Made by a program: the position numbers and the translations under genes
DNA from: Tubiluchus corallicola
Taxonomy: Eukaryota > Animalia > Priapulida
DNA: 64,000 nt
Direction: 5' to 3'
NCBI GenBank assembly: GCA_030141605.1
Contig: JAQGDQ010000233.1
Coordinates: 124,001 to 188,000, forward strand
Shown: positions 37,880 through 52,765 of the stretch, one piece after another
Position numbering within the stretch: the stretch's first letter is position 1
Layout: each line of letters begins with the position of its first letter
The notes under the pieces: model-generated
Told to the model about the DNA's origin: nothing
Databases searched by the model: none
What the model saw: the letters and a program-made list of their open reading frames with translations, nothing else

Positions 37880-40700
37880 ATAATAATAAATCTAATTTAT
37901 TCTCCATTTGCCAGAGTACAATACATTTTTTACACATAAATACCCTAAATGCATAATATATGAAATATAGCAACAATTATCACAGTTACTTACATTATAA
38001 TAATATTATACAATAGTGTGTATAAAAGTTAGCTATGTTTTTCAATACATGTTCTCGAAATAAATACAATAAATATTATTTAAAATTTAAAACCAAATTA
38101 ATAATGTAAACTGTACGGATTAAATTTGTAAAAATTATAAATATAAATAAACTACTACAATTATTATCAGTTTTCTTTTAGACTTAATTATTTTCAAGTA
38201 TATAGCAATTGGTTAACTCAGTTGTGTATCATGTCACTATGAACTAATTCCCGTATGATATTGATGTACAGCTTAAGAGTAGACTCATCTCGATTTCTAT
38301 ATATTGAATTTATATCCATTCTGTCTAGTTTCATTTTAAGTAATTTTGTACTACTATTATTATTATTTACACAAGTACAATCAAAGATTAAATATTGTGG
38401 CGTTTGAAAGTCATTATTACACTGACACATTGCATTATCACTAACCCTAATACTATATTTAAAATCACTACAGCCTCTGCCAAGTAGTAAACTAAACGCA
38501 CTTGTTTCAATAAGTCTGTCATACTTTCCTAGAGGTAACATTAAAGGGGCGGTGAAAATTGGTACTGTTTCCCGAAATAGACCAGCTAACTGATTACCAT
38601 GCTGCAATTTTCAGTGCCACAGAATTTCAGCAAATTTATTAACTTCTGACTTACTATACTTCAGTTTAGTGGATTAACACAGGCATCAGCCAATTTTATA
38701 TTACGTGGAATTTCTATAGCTTTAGTGATGTTTAGAACTGACTTGGCTTTTACGACATGATTTGCTGTGAAGTGGTTAGCTGCTTGGCTGCTAATTAACG
38801 AAGTATCAATCTTCTCAACCTCACACCTGGCTAAATCGCTTTCCGGTTCACCTAGAATTTTCATCAAGAATTTACAAACAATAGCAAAATATTGTACATC
38901 AAGAGGGGGAAAACCGCATATTATTTTTAGTTCCTTTTTGTGCGGATTATAAGCTACCTCTGTGGCTATATTTACTATGTCGTACAGAAGATAATCGAAG
39001 GCGTTTAATTATTTATCTAGCCAGTTAGAAGCTGCGTATACCAATGTGGGCAATACCACTGTTTTAGCTAGATTGATAATTGAAGCGAGCTTTACTCATC
39101 TATATTTAAAGCAGAAACTCTTACTTTTTTGCCATTTATTTATGATTTTTTTCTTCCCGTCTGTTACATGTACCGAAAAGTTCAGTTCTTTGTCAACCGT
39201 AACACCCAATACCTTAGTTTTGTCCGTATACTTAATCTGCATATCACCGAAGCGTAAATTTGGTGGTATAGGTTCATATTTTAAATTTAGCGAGGCTTTA
39301 TAGAGAATGGCATCGGTTTTGTTAACAGCACGGTTGATATTCATGCGCCATCTATTACACCACCTATACAGCTTGTCACATTGTTTTTGTGCTTTTATAT
39401 AGGTCGTTCAATAGTTTATTTATTGATATTGTAAGATATTTTAAGATATTTTATTGGGTAATTACAATTACAAATCACATAATACAGACACCGATTATAA
39501 AGATACAATTACACACATATACAGCGCTACAAAAAAAACCTATACCAGGTTATCAAGAACACAATTACACAAGTCAAACTCAACAATTTAAACCAAAGAC
39601 ACTACATATGCACCATATATTGATCTGTTTGCTACCAGGAAAGTGCTGTCGTCAGCATATTTATATTTTGAAAAGTTGTCATTATCGTTACCATCAAACA
39701 TGTCTGCCACATAAAACAAAAACAAAATTGGTGACAGCACTGAACCTTGTGGCAAAGCAATGTCGCACGAATGAGTTTGTGAGATAAAATTAATGACCTT
39801 TAGACAAATATTGCGATTTTTCAACAAAGACACAATTCGCCTCAGCATTTTTCCTCGGCTAACTTACTATAATAAGGTGTAATTGTGATGGGCCTATTAT
39901 TACTAGGGTCACTGTAATCTTATTTGCCGTGTTTTTGTTTAAAAAAACTCAACTTTCGCATTTTGCCAAGGCCACTGGCTGCATTCTAAACACATGTTGA
40001 CAAGGTTTAAAAAACTGCCTTCGCCTAGAAACCCATAATATGTAGAACAATTAACGGATGGCAGCCGTCTGTATCCAAACTTTTGTTGCTCGTTTTTGTA
40101 GTCCTAGTTGCCTGTGTAAGTTCTGAAATTGTAAACTCTTCGTTGAACCACTCAGGTTGAGCAGTTTGTGGACATTGTTGCTGAACAAACTTCTGCACTT
40201 ACTGCAGCCATTGATTGTCAAAGGCGGATTCATTTAAATGTGCACTTCTGAATAAAAGTTTGATATAGGACATCGCATTTTTCGCTGTCTTCTATATTAC
40301 AGTATTATCTTCTACAGTATTTGTTTTGGTGTTTTGATGTCTCAATTCTTACATCTGACCTTTCACCAAAAAGTTTTTTATGCGTTTTCCAGAACGCTTT
40401 CCCTTAAGTGACGTTTAATTCACTCGTGTTTTTGTTCACACAATCGTTCAACTCTTCTGTTAATGAACTATTGAATCGCTCTTTTGATTCTAAGTACGCT
40501 AGTTTATTTGGCACATTAGAAACTTGTAGGTATTTTTTCCTTAAACGTCTGACATTATTAGACAGATCAGTTAGGTTCGCTGACCAAAACGGCTTACTGT
40601 GGTTCGAGATAGTTTTCTGGTGCAACGCGTCTTCGTTTGCTCTTTTAATATTGTTCAGAAATCTGTCCATATCGCATTGATATCCTTGCTTTGAGTAGTT
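37880..40700 (-). mobile_element. Decayed I/Jockey-group LINE ORF2, 5'-truncated, with 3'UTR
   Basis: SKPFW, LPQGSVLSPILFLFYVADM..KYADD, KVLGVTVDKELNF and C-terminal CQC..QTPQYLIFDC. Minus-strand AATAAA at ~37897. An AT-rich insert sits at ~39395-39590. Confidence 0.85.
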
Positions 40701-40739
40701 TTATTTGCGAGTTATCATATTTAAAGCTGCTGAATTGTG

Positions 40740-41660
40740 GAACTTGAAATTGACCAAATTGTTTGCATTTACGTCCTAGCTACTGCACCTTGGCGTAAAG
40801 TGGATTATTTTTGCTTCAGTTTATGTTAGTAGAAATTCGTTGACCATTACGAGAAATTGAATAGTAAGCGCCAATGCAGTGTTACTTTGCGCGGATAATC
40901 AAAGTTTAGCTGCCTTGATTATGGCTGGTAATCTTAATGTTCGTAGTTACATGTGGGACAATTTGACAAATGCGCACGAAACTGTTCTAAACGAATTTTT
41001 AAGTAATTCTAATGGACAAGTAACTTTCTATGCTAACGCAGCATACACCTTTAGGTAAACAACAGGAAAAATTATAATTGGCATTATGCTAAGTTCACAT
41101 TAAATGACGGGAAAAATTATAAAACAGAGCGTAGATCAGGAAATTGAATTATTCAGCTGAGCGCGATCTGTTGGCCACTTTCCTGTTACTCAGAAATTTG
41201 TATGTCAAATGTAGTAAAGCAAATAAATCGTAAAACTGTTTGCGTCAAAGGCACCTATTGGTGGAGTCGGCCGCAAGGTACAGAAGATCTATTGCTGATT
41301 AATTATAATTGGTTTATACAATTATCAAGTAATAGAAAGGCTTCTGAACTCTGGAACTCGTCTAAGAATATCCTTGGTATAACCAATCAGAATAAGTTAC
41401 CGACAAAAATTACGGTTTGTAGGCATCACTAATTAACAGAGCAATCAAGACGTTCGAGTCAGTTTAGAAAGCAGTATGTTAGGTATTTCACCTCACAAAC
41501 AATGATTATTACTAGTCAGTCAAGCAAGAATTTACACTGCATTAACTGAGGCGGTCAATAACTGAACGAGAAAAAGAAAACTGGAGTTGTAAATGTAAAA
41601 CATAGTAGTCAATTTTGGAGAAACTACAAACAAATTTTTAGAAACTTTGACTGTAATTCT
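40740..41660 (+). mobile_element. Decayed LINE apurinic-endonuclease and linker fragment (I/Jockey group)
   Basis: FASVYV, IMAGNLNVRSYMWD..TN..VLNEFL (GDxN motif relic), GHFPV (SDH relic) and QFWRNYKQIF. Confidence 0.65.
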
Positions 41661-44299
41661 GTTCAATATGTTTATCAATAAGTTGTTTTTGCCTGCACCT
41701 GCTTTATATAATTTTAATTAATCCAGATAAATATTAGCCAATTTTCAGCACTGAAGTTTCTTAATTTCCCACAAAAATACTTTTCTACGTATTTTGTTGG
41801 TTAATTCCTGCATACCTAAGCTCCTTACAAAAGACATTTTTTTCATTTTCTTGTGAATTAAGAACGGTAAGTCTCCTTATTCCGGTTTAAAAGACTTAAT
41901 TCCGGCTCTAATTAAGGTTTCAGTGTCACTGTCAGCAAAATATAGGAACTGCCTGTAAATAGCCACAAGGGGACAGTCAAAAACTATAGTGAGTGTATAA
42001 ATGGAGGACTCATTAGAGTACATATATAAAATTTGATTAATCCCGTCCTCCTTAAAGGCGAAACTGAATAAATAGAAACGTATAAAGTCACGAGAAAGAG
42101 CATTTAATTTTGAATAAATGACACTTATTTCAACTTCTGGTATTATCGCCATTCGTTGACAGCACTAATCGACAAAAAACTGGAATCGTAGTGATTCTTG
42201 ATTTATGGGAGAAAACATGATAAGAATTAGAACATCACACCAAATTACGAAATAAAAGAATCGCTAAAAGTAACATTACAATATACAATGCTCGTTTAAA
42301 TAGCATGACAAATAGCTGGAATTTTTTGATCGCATCGTATCCCATGAAAATCCATTGTTCGTAAAAAGTGAACATCTGCAAGCAACACACAAAGGAGCTA
42401 CCAGTATATAGCTATTTATAAATACCACAGCAATTACACAGAAATCAAAATACGTACAACAAAGTACAACATTTGTAAGGCAAATATGCACAGACTTGTA
42501 AGTTACAAAAATTGTAACCCTTGTCAATCAGAAGTGAACATCAGTAAACATACTAAGTAACATAGACTGCTCAGTGTTTAGATTTAGATTAAATATTATT
42601 TTAATTCAGTACAATATTTACAACACACATAAAAATTACTGATAAAACAGAACAGATTAAACTTACTAACTGAAAATCAAAAATACATACTAAAAATACT
42701 TGCCTAAAATCATTACATAGTATCTTTAGCCAGTACCCTACGACCACTAATTATAATGCCATTTTTACTTGCAAGAATACGATTTCTTAAGCTATAGCAG
42801 CTCTTCCTTATTACAAGACTTCAAACTATGGAATTTTATTATCTGCACGTATATAAGACAGTCTCGCATCCTAATAATAATTCAGAATATTTAAAAAAAA
42901 TTACTAAGAGCAACATTATACACCGGTCTGAGCTTCGCAATATTATATCTCCTATAATTAAATGTGTTCACTTTTGATTGACAATAGATTCTCGTGGGAT
43001 TCGAAATGTTTTATCAATAAATTCTAGTATAATCGCTTTATCGTTGGCTCTGTTGTTTATTATTCGGATATGATTTCCGCCAAGTCAAGCTAGTATCGTC
43101 TATATTTACTTGTGATAACATTTTTGAAGTATACACCGTATACTGAATTCACTCAGCTTCAGACGATGTTTAGTTTTGAAATTCTTTGACTCTAGCAGTC
43201 TTCTAGCAGTCTTTAGCACGTATTTACTTTGATTTCGAAAACACTATCTGTTGTTAAATCTAATCATCGCCGGAGCTGATTAATTTCCCAGTTCTGCTAA
43301 TCTTTTTCTTGTGGGCTTTCACAATTTCATTAACGGGAGATTATTGGGCATGGCTGACTGGATAATGGCTTCTCGTTTTTAAGATCTTTGGAGAATTGTA
43401 GGTAAGTTGACAAAACATAACAAAGCTCGTCAGAAAGAGAAGTGATGAAACAGCTTTCACTTCGATCAAATAGGAAATGAATTTCATGTCTAATTAGAAT
43501 TGTATTAGTTCTAGTCCCAATAGATTTCCTTTCTGAAAAATGACGAGAAAATGTCACTCCATACTACAGCATTATATTATATATTCGAGAGTTAATGCTT
43601 TCCACAAAATTTAGGTCTTGTACATGTGTATAGGAAATTTACAACGTGCATGTGCCCAGCAATTATAATTATTAGGATAAAACACACTTTTTAAATTTGG
43701 TATAGTAGTAATTTTATGACCAGGAAACGTGTCAGGCGTTACAAATGTAACTAGTGCTGATCACAAAATCTCTCAAGACTGCTCTTCTTGCGTCTTTCCA
43801 AACTAATAGGTTTAGAGGTACGAGGCCATGCAAAAGTCAGAGGGCAAACTAGGATGTGCCAAGGATTTTTACTTAGGTCCGTTTACAAAACTAGCCTAAA
43901 CTACAGTTTCTACAATTATAGTGCAAAAATTCCCAAGACACAACAATTAAAATTAAACAAAAAAATTACGAAAACAAAAAATAAAACGCTATTGAGCAGT
44001 GATTCTTTAAATCACCCTGTCGTTGGCGATAATTAAAACAGTTACAATCGTTTTGCGTAGTAATAAATTCCTGTGCACGACTAACAGGATATATTGCTAA
44101 GCCACTTTTGCCGCAATGAAAAAGATGTAAATATTTCAGTGAGTTACGTTGCAATTATTTCCCACTGGTTGCTGTAATAAGCGGTAGATGTTTTATAGGG
44201 GTCTGTAATGAATAGTTTCGGGTTCTCTAAATATATATTTTCATCAAACTATGTAAATAGAAACAGGAAGTTAGCGGCCATAGTGCAGAGCCTACAGTC

Positions 44300-46300
44300 A
44301 TAATAGATAGATATAGACACACTTTTATTTCAGACGTCTCGTCAATATATAAAATATAAATGCAAGTATAAAAAAATTTAAACTACAAACTATACATCAA
44401 TATTTACAAAGATAAATTACAAAGTTAAATAATGTGTATAAATAGCTTGTCTCTCCACTTGATCCATTTTAAAGAACTTAAATATATATCACTATTTAAA
44501 ATATAGGCTATAGTAGAATTGTTTACTTTTATTGTACTATAAAAAAACACTTTTTTCTAGCACTTTAAAGTGCGACAAATTCAATTCGGGCTGTAATTCT
44601 GCTTGCAGTGTACGGGGATATTCAACCCTGAAGAATTTGTCTAATCCTTCATTAAATGCAGCTCTGATATTTGTTAGATTATAGGTATAAAATCATCTCA
44701 AAGTGATAAACCGTAATTATTTAATGCAAATGCTTTTAAAACTAATATTTTTACTGCTAAACTGCAAGCAGCTAAGTCAATATGAGCAAATTAATTTGAG
44801 CACACAATTTTCCTTTTTGGGTTATTGTATCGCAATCGTCTCTGTTATCATCTGTTAACCATATACAAGGTATTTTCTTTGCTAGCTTCGCTTAATACAA
44901 TGCCATTAAATGTTATTTTTCCAAAGTTCATGCCAGATATAGATTTGGGCCTAATTGTCATAACCTTTGTTTTATTCGTATTTACTATAACATCATGAGT
45001 AGCAGCATAAGTAGCAAAACAGTTTACAAGAGCCTGAAGCGCAGGTATTGTAGTAGCTAAAATACGTAAGTCATCAGCATATACTAAATGATTTACAACC
45101 TTATTGCTAACGTGACAACCAATACCGGCCTGATCACGAGATAGGAGTGAGATATATGATAAAGTGCCATGCTTAGATCATCCTAGTAAAAACAAAACAT
45201 TTTACTTGAAAGGACGCTGCCTTGAGGTATTCCATTCATTACAGTAAAATGACTAGAGATATATCCATTCCATTAACTGACATTGTTTGTTGTACCAAAA
45301 GCACAATAGTCTAACAATAAGGTTTGGCATATCAGTATTATTTATCATTTTAGGAACAGTTTATGATAATTAATACGATCAAATGTTTTGCGAGCGTCTA
45401 TAAAGCATATATGTACAGGAATGCATCTCTCATAGTAAAGGTCAATAACTTCGCTAAGAGCGTAAATACACAATTCGGTACCAAAACCTTCTTTGTACCC
45501 AAACTGGTTGTCTGTTGTTAACAAACACATATCTATCAGGAATACATAATTCTAAGACTTTGCTTGCAGCAGTAGAAACAGCTATATTTCTATAGTTTTT
45601 ACTTTCACGACAGGAGATAACACTGAAGCCATAAAACTATCAGGTAAAAAATTATGTACACTAAAAGCGCTAAAACACAAGGATAAAAGCATACCACACC
45701 TGTCTGCTGCATATTTATAATATTCCACGAAGATCCCATCTAGTCCCGGACTTTTATTACATAGGAGCTGTGAGACGGCATTTTTCATTCTGAGTAAGTT
45801 ATATGACAAATAGAACCTGTTTCACGTAAATTTAATAGTAAAGATTGGGTCATACTGTTTATATTCAAGGGAATATTCTTTGGATCGGCGGCATTATCAA
45901 CTTTATCCAGAAGTGGGATTTTCCTGAAATTTTATGGTTTCCTTGCAGAATTTTATAAGCAACTTATTTGCACGTTGATTGACATCCTGTTTCTTACACT
46001 CTTTGAGTGCAAGTTTAAAAGCGGCTCGTTTGCGCCTCATCTACTTCGCATAAGAACCAGCACGTGGACTAACTTCAAAAATGGCTTCAATGCACCAGTT
46101 GACGAGGGCTGCTCTAGCTGCTGCGTATTTATCAGCTACTAACTCATTCCATCAAGGAATTGTAGTAAAATTTTCAGATCGGTCATCACGAGGATTATAA
46201 CAAGGTATGACTTCAAATGCAGACTGAATTAAGTTGCATATACTCAGGTTCTTTGTATAATTGCGTTAATATATCAACTTGTAGAATTGATGCGCAGTAA
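44300..46300 (-). mobile_element. Decayed non-LTR retrotransposon RT region with 3' tail
   Basis: KSPGLDGIFVEYYKY, QFGYKEGFGT..CFIDARKTFDRINY, HLVYADDL. Minus-strand AATAAA at ~44324 followed by a (TCTA)-like tail. Confidence 0.85.
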
Positions 46301-46899
46301 TATGCTAATATATATACAGCAATAATAATATAACTATTGCAGTTGTATATAGTCATTGAACAATAAGGTTGTAAACCTACAACTGCAATTAACTTATCCC
46401 TTTTTAAGCACCAATTGTAAAATGACAGCTTTTTGGAGTCACGAAATTGATAATCACTAGAAAATTGATTATACGAATTCTACTTCTCCAAACATTTATT
46501 GTATTTTGAACCTTCGATTGTTGATTGAGCCCTTCTGCGGCAGCCAGCCGTTACCATCAGTGGCCACTTGTCTTTCTTGTATAAAAACACTACATTAACA
46601 GAGCAAATTGTTTTTAGCGATATTGTTTTTAAATTAGTTGTTCACGCTATAATAGGCCTAACCTATTAGACTACACAAGCAACAAGCAATCTTACAGGCA
46701 ATGTGTAAAATTCCTAGGCACTTCGAGAAACGTGTGAAATAAATGTTTTTGCTGCGGCATGTTCACATTTTACTTAGGCGTTTTCCGTAATAGCTAGGGA
46801 TTTGTATAATAATGCGTGAAGTGGCTTTGGTAAAGTGTAATGAACACCATTTGAAAATTAACTTTTTCTAAATACTTTACATATTACCCTATGGGCATT

Positions 46900-47720
46900 C
46901 TACAGAATGCATAAAAATTAAACAAGCAGTTCGAGAAAGTCCGCGAGTTAATTGTTTTATTGGCAGTGGATGCGAACATATGACAGGCCGCTTGACCAGG
47001 TCGACCACTTTCCATAATTAAGGAGCTTGCTCTTCTACAAATGCACTTTCGAATAAATTGTAGAGCATCGAATGTGGTCTTTGAGAAACTTGCGAAACAG
47101 GTCTTTAAAGGCAAAGATCTAAACCCGAAAATGAAACTCATTGTCTACCAGATTGTCGTTAATTAAACCTTGCTTTACGGCTGCGAAACTTGGACTTTAT
47201 AGTGACGTCTTATAGTTTGAAAGTCTCTCTTAGCAAAAGCTGTGCTCCATCCTGAACTTTAAATGTGATTAATCACCAGCAGCGCTACCATCGAAACATC
47301 AAACAGGCAGAGCATCGTGCCAACCATCATGAAATACTGTCAATGACTGCATGTCTTCATGGGACAGGGCATGTCATCAGAATGTAGGAGAGCAAGTTCC
47401 TCACTAACTTTAGTGAATTCACAATTAGCAAAATACTACGGGGATAGCCTCTTCGTCGCTACAAAGACCAACTGAAATACACTCTCAAATAAATATGAAT
47501 CATAGACAAAACATTCGAAAACATGCCAACAACATTCTAACTGGCATCGGATCATGCACAACGGAACCCAACAACACAGATTACGAAATTGAAAGGAGAG
47601 GAGAAGAAAAATGGCAGAAAGGGACAATCGAGGTACGACAAGTTTTACTGCGTACACACTAACTCTCGAATGTCTTCATACAAAAATTGATTCCCTGAGT
47701 CAATTCCACAGAAGACGAAC
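46900..47720 (+). mobile_element. Decayed RTE-clade (BovB-like) LINE 3' fragment
   Basis: KMKLIVYQIVV..TLLYGCETWTL, GHVIRM and PLRRYKDQLKYTLK are RTE ORF C-terminal motifs. Confidence 0.8.
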
Positions 47721-48574
47721 GGATGTGCAGACATTTCGACACATGATACTTCGCTACATTGCTGCATTGAACTTAAATTCTCGAATACGAGAAAGGGGCC
47801 AACGGACGAATAAACGATTGTACTCATCATATAAATTTCCAAGTACGTTAAAACATGACAACAAATTCCCTAAAATATAATTGGCGTTATATAAAATGCC
47901 TATATAAATTTATATCAAAACAATTGAACCATTTGTTTTATTTCTACATTAACTAAAATTATTCAGCATTCCATAATGCCTAGGAAAGTATACTCCAAAT
48001 CTAAGAATTACACACTTTACTTAAACAAATTTTTGCATTATATATAATCTAGGAAATTTATGAAAAGTGTAGAAGAAATTATTTTAGACGCTTTGCCTGA
48101 TTTGCTTTGGCACTATATAAAATGCCTAGTGTTTCATACTTTGCCTGGAAAATATATGTGTTCGACACACTCGAAGCTACACCATAGCCCTTGACTACAC
48201 TAGAAGTGGCACGATCCTCGTGCAGACACTACGTTTCTATTACATTGAAGGGCTGAAGCAAGAATTACGGATGAATACTTTTGGCAAACATCCGTCTGAT
48301 TTCACTTTCTGGATTCGCCTCGCTCAACCGATAGTTTATTGTTTGGGAAAACGTTTTTACGCTTGAGGATCTGCGAAATTAAAGGCATTTTCAGGAAAGT
48401 GGGGCTCAATTTCGCCTTTCGTTTGACACGAACAAGTGCTTTCAGGTCTTGTAAACTCTACCATGACTACCTCTTTACTGTAGAATTACAATGACTGTGA
48501 CATTATTGCAGTGCTTAAAGCTTCAAAGTAATGTACATGTTTCTTCTACGCAGGAAATCCAAATGGGTTCAATG

Positions 48575-48580
48575 GAGAGA

Positions 48581-48660
<80 letters not shown>
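48575..48660. repeat. (GA)n microsatellite
   Basis: Directly visible. Confidence 0.95.
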
Positions 48661-50172
48661 TCGTTTACCTTGCATTGCCAATACATTATTAGGACTACCA
48701 TCGTAAACATTGATGATAGACAAATCCCAAAAAATAATACTCAACACTGCTGTTGCTTTATTGACCTAAAAAGTCCTGGACTTTACTATAAGTTGCAAAG
48801 ATACAATATAAACTGATTTTAAGATACTTAAAAACACTACCAAACATGAAATTTCTATAAAATTGAGGAAGGGGATTAATTGAAAAAATTAAATGTAAAT
48901 TGGGAGTTAATTTAAACAATGGTGTAATTTAAGTTTAATCATTTTCTCCTTTGCATTAATGCCGCACCTCAAAAGTTTATTCACAAACAGCACGGTAAAC
49001 GGCGCGGCATGCGGGAAACCTCGCCGAAAACTGAATCTTTTCAAAATTAATCAAAACCATACTCTCTCTTCCAAAGTTCCAATGTGGTTAGATTTCTATT
49101 TTTTCAAATTTGAGAATTTGACGTTCTATAAAGTAGCAATATATAATATACTGACTATACAAGCACAGCAAGCGGTCACCAAGTTCTACTGTACAGAATA
49201 AAATAGGATTAGGCCTATGTTTGTTAAAGAACAAGAAAAGGGGTACCTGAAGTAGGTTTCAGAAAAATCGTCTTAAAAATTATATTACTTTATAGCAATT
49301 TTATGCGTATATCGTACTCGCACTGAAAGGAATTTTAGTTTGTTTTCATTTTAAATCTCCCGTAATACTGTTCCGAAGTCGCCATTACATGACGTCATTT
49401 ACCAAACGTAAATCAAGGGAAGAAAAGGCAAAGTTAAATTCTGTCTCAAAAAACTTTCCTTGCAAATCTATATTACTTAGATTTTCGCTTACCTGCTAGA
49501 AAGACTTATGTAACTAGAAAAGAAAATTATTAATTATTTAAAATGTTTTCACCAATTGGTAAAATGTCGCTGACTCACCCTCCAGGGTGCACCACCCACT
49601 AACAAAAAACGTATTTTTAATCTTATTGACAAGATACAGTAATTTGAAATTTTATTTAGTTAGTGGCTTGTGCGCTACGAATGCTCTGGTTATTTTTTTA
49701 AACTTTACAAAATGTTATCTAAACTTGTTTCAAATGACCTGCCGTGAAAATGGCTGCGTCTAACGGTCATCGCGAGAGTTTAAATTTATATGTTTTATAC
49801 AGCGCGACTGCCGATTGAAGTCCTGTATGCAAAAAGGCAGTATGTAAGCGATATAAAATTTCAAAACGAATTTTTTCAAGTTTTATGTTTATGAAGGGTT
49901 TTCTTGTGCTTTAAAGTTGATATCATTGTTGCTAGGCCCTCTTAATTATTATGCACAAAGTTTAGCCTGGTAACTTGGGTTGTTTACAGGTAGTTTTATA
50001 CCTATAAATTCCTTTTTGTAGTTATGAACTAATAGAAATTCTAAACCATGTATATATTACAATAAATATTGTAATCACTGACCATTATTATTATTTATGA
50101 TTATTTACTCATAGTATTAACTATGTAAATTATGTATGTATTACTGTAAAAGTAATATTATACGAATAAATT

Positions 50173-50275
50173 GATAATCATGATAATATGTAATAATAAT
50201 AATTATTATAATTATAATAATGATGATGATGATGATGATAAAAATGATCATAATCATGATGATGATCATGATGAC
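50173..50275. repeat. Imperfect (AAT)/(GAT) low-complexity tract
   Basis: Directly visible. Confidence 0.8.
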
Positions 50276-51089
50276 TATAATAGATATAAGTGAAATATCC
50301 TTCTCATTAACTAAGATTCAGATTTGTTTTACCACTAGCAAGACTCGTTGAAGGATTCAGGTTGTATAATAAATTGTTTTAATTTTCAACATTTTTCTGA
50401 AGACACTGGAAAATAATGTTATTAATTTATTGGTGTGTTTAGTGTATCCTGCCTATGGATTAGTGAATGGCTGCTAGTGTAAGTAGGCACCTTGGGTTAT
50501 CAGTTTTATGAAAAATTAAGATAAAGAGCGCAAAATGCGTCGAAAATTTGCCAAAGTAATCACAATGTCTCTGAGTTGTAATGTAACATTGTAAATGCTT
50601 CGTCGACTTATTGCCTGGGTCCAACATAATCCTGTTGCCTGATGCTTGTTCCTATGTGACTTGTGTCTTGAAATTTAAGTTCGCTGCACGGATCTGACAT
50701 CCTACATACTTGACGCATATGTCTCTTGAGGCCTAAAGGCACTGAATTATATTTTTAATACATGGGCTACTATCGGCTGTATTTTCTGAGACGTAATTGT
50801 GCAAAACACATTTGGTAATTGTACATGGTAATTGTGTACTACTGAATACCAAGCGTGGCGACGTGACGCGCTTATTGTCGTAAACTCACGTCCGTTAGAT
50901 TAAATGCAGATCCCGTAAGAAGCAAGACGTTTGGCTTTTTACTGCGCTCGGCAAGGGTGATATATTGAGATAGTCAGGCTTGTTAAACAGTATGTACGAC
51001 GCATTATCAGTAGCAAGCTAGTTAGTAACGATTACCTTGATGTGGTCTCAAGACTGCTGTCGAAAAGAAATGATAAATACATGATTTTA

Positions 51090-51107
51090 ATACGTATATA
51101 TATATAC

Positions 51108-51150
<43 letters not shown>

Positions 51151-51156
51151 TATATA
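51090..51156. repeat. (TA)n microsatellite
   Basis: Directly visible. Confidence 0.9.
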
Positions 51157-51929
51157 ATACATATTTAAACAAATCATTAGACATTACAAAAAACAATACA
51201 TATATACAAGCAATGGACTGATGATGAGGACATAATCATTAAGCTATTAGTAAATATCTTAAGCTTATAACTGACAACCAAAATATATCTCAAACTTAAT
51301 CAAAACACCAAAAGAGTCGACGATTGCAAACATATCTCCTCAAAACATACTAGCTAACAAATATTAAATGACAAATAGCTAGGACAAATGCTGGCTGACA
51401 CACCAACCGTCAGAAACTGTCAACGAACCTCAAAAACTAGAAAACTAGCGATTTAATCAGATTAACGACAGGTTAGTACAATTACAATGGTTCAATGAGC
51501 AATCAATTTGCAAGAACCATACTATACTAGCAAGACTGGCAATAAAGTAGCAATAAAGCCTAAAACCTAATCAAACAAGACATAGTAATTACAACTAGAT
51601 GCCACACGACTCACTACTTAAAATCATAGAGAAGCAGTCACTATACTATACACATTGCAACCCACTTGGTTGCTTGTGGGAATGCGTGAAAATGACGAAA
51701 ATGTTTGAACTCGTGGCGTGAAGCTCCCTCTATCGATAATCATTCTATAGGTCGCTGACATGCCACGACACCAAGTATAACGATATTTAACGATTTTTTA
51801 TTTATTTAACGATATTTAACTTATTTAACGATAAGACGACAACAGAGAGATATAATAAGCTTCAGGCTTTAATCATGGATCATTGTTCAACTATTATTTG
51901 ATTACGAACATCTCCTTGAAGCCTTAAAT

Positions 51930-52203
51930 CCAACTAACCGAAAAAGGAGCAAAAACGCTTCTTTGTCAATTATGTAAAATTCGCCTTGCTTATCCTACGG
52001 TCTATGCCAACTTCTTCACAAAGTTTCGTGGAAATCCGTTAAGTACTTTTTGCGTAATCTTGTTAACAAGGAAACTAACAAATCAATGGCGATGAATGCA
52101 TAACTTCCTTGACGACGATAACCATAATCATCATCATAATCATAATCATAAACGACCAAACAAACAAATGGCGTTGAACAATACAACCTCCTTGCCAGAG
52201 GTC
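51930..52203 (-). mobile_element. Helentron/DINE-like non-autonomous element end (terminus present twice)
   Basis: AAGTTTCGTGGAAATCCGTT..TTTTGCGTAATC, then CAAA repeats and the hairpin ACCTCCTTGCCAGAGGT; a second decayed terminus at ~52100. Family assignment is from recalled structure. Confidence 0.45.
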
Positions 52204-52319
52204 GAGGTTGGCTGTCAAGATAACAGCTTTATATAACGCTACTCCAGTTTGAAAACTTCATACTGTACCTATACTGAAAATTTTATACGTATACTTTATA
52301 CTTATGACATTTTTGTTTG

Positions 52320-52765
52320 ATAGGATGCTACCAGCACTTCTAAACTCTGTTTTTAACTTCATCTATTTGCTTATCGAAATTTAACAGTTTGTCTGTTGTT
52401 ACACCTAGCACTTTACTGCCTTCCACGTATTTGATTGCTTTAGTTTCTAATGTGAGGTTACCAAGTTGAGCCAGGCGTTGTCAAATCCAAATCCACAGTT
52501 TATTATTCGTCTTCATTTATAGTCTCCACCACTGATGAACGTCACAACAATTTTGGGCTAAATAATGGCATTGTTCAGGGGATGAATGTGACAAAACAGT
52601 ACTGCCATCAACTGTATATTTAAATGCATGTGACCTTTCTGTAATGTCACTAAACATGTCATTCACAAAGCAAGATAAAAGGTATAGGGTACAGTACAGA
52701 ATAAGCAATAGAGAAAAGTTCGAAAAGACCGAAATGAGTTTGTCAGTGTATCGATCAAAGCTCAC
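52320..52765 (-). mobile_element. Decayed RT fragment related to the LINE at 37880-40700
   Basis: FVNDMFSD..FKYTVDGST and SKVLGVTTDKLLNF parallel YVADMFDG..KYADDST and TKVLGVTVDKELNF. Confidence 0.7.

Noticed and set aside
41700-43560. Minus-strand stretches resembling LINE C-termini (e.g. TIVFDCP)
   Set aside because: Too decayed to assign or delimit by eye.
49390-49397. Full CRE palindrome TGACGTCA (also at 60077-60084)
   Set aside because: Isolated 8-mers are expected at about this frequency and have no supporting context.
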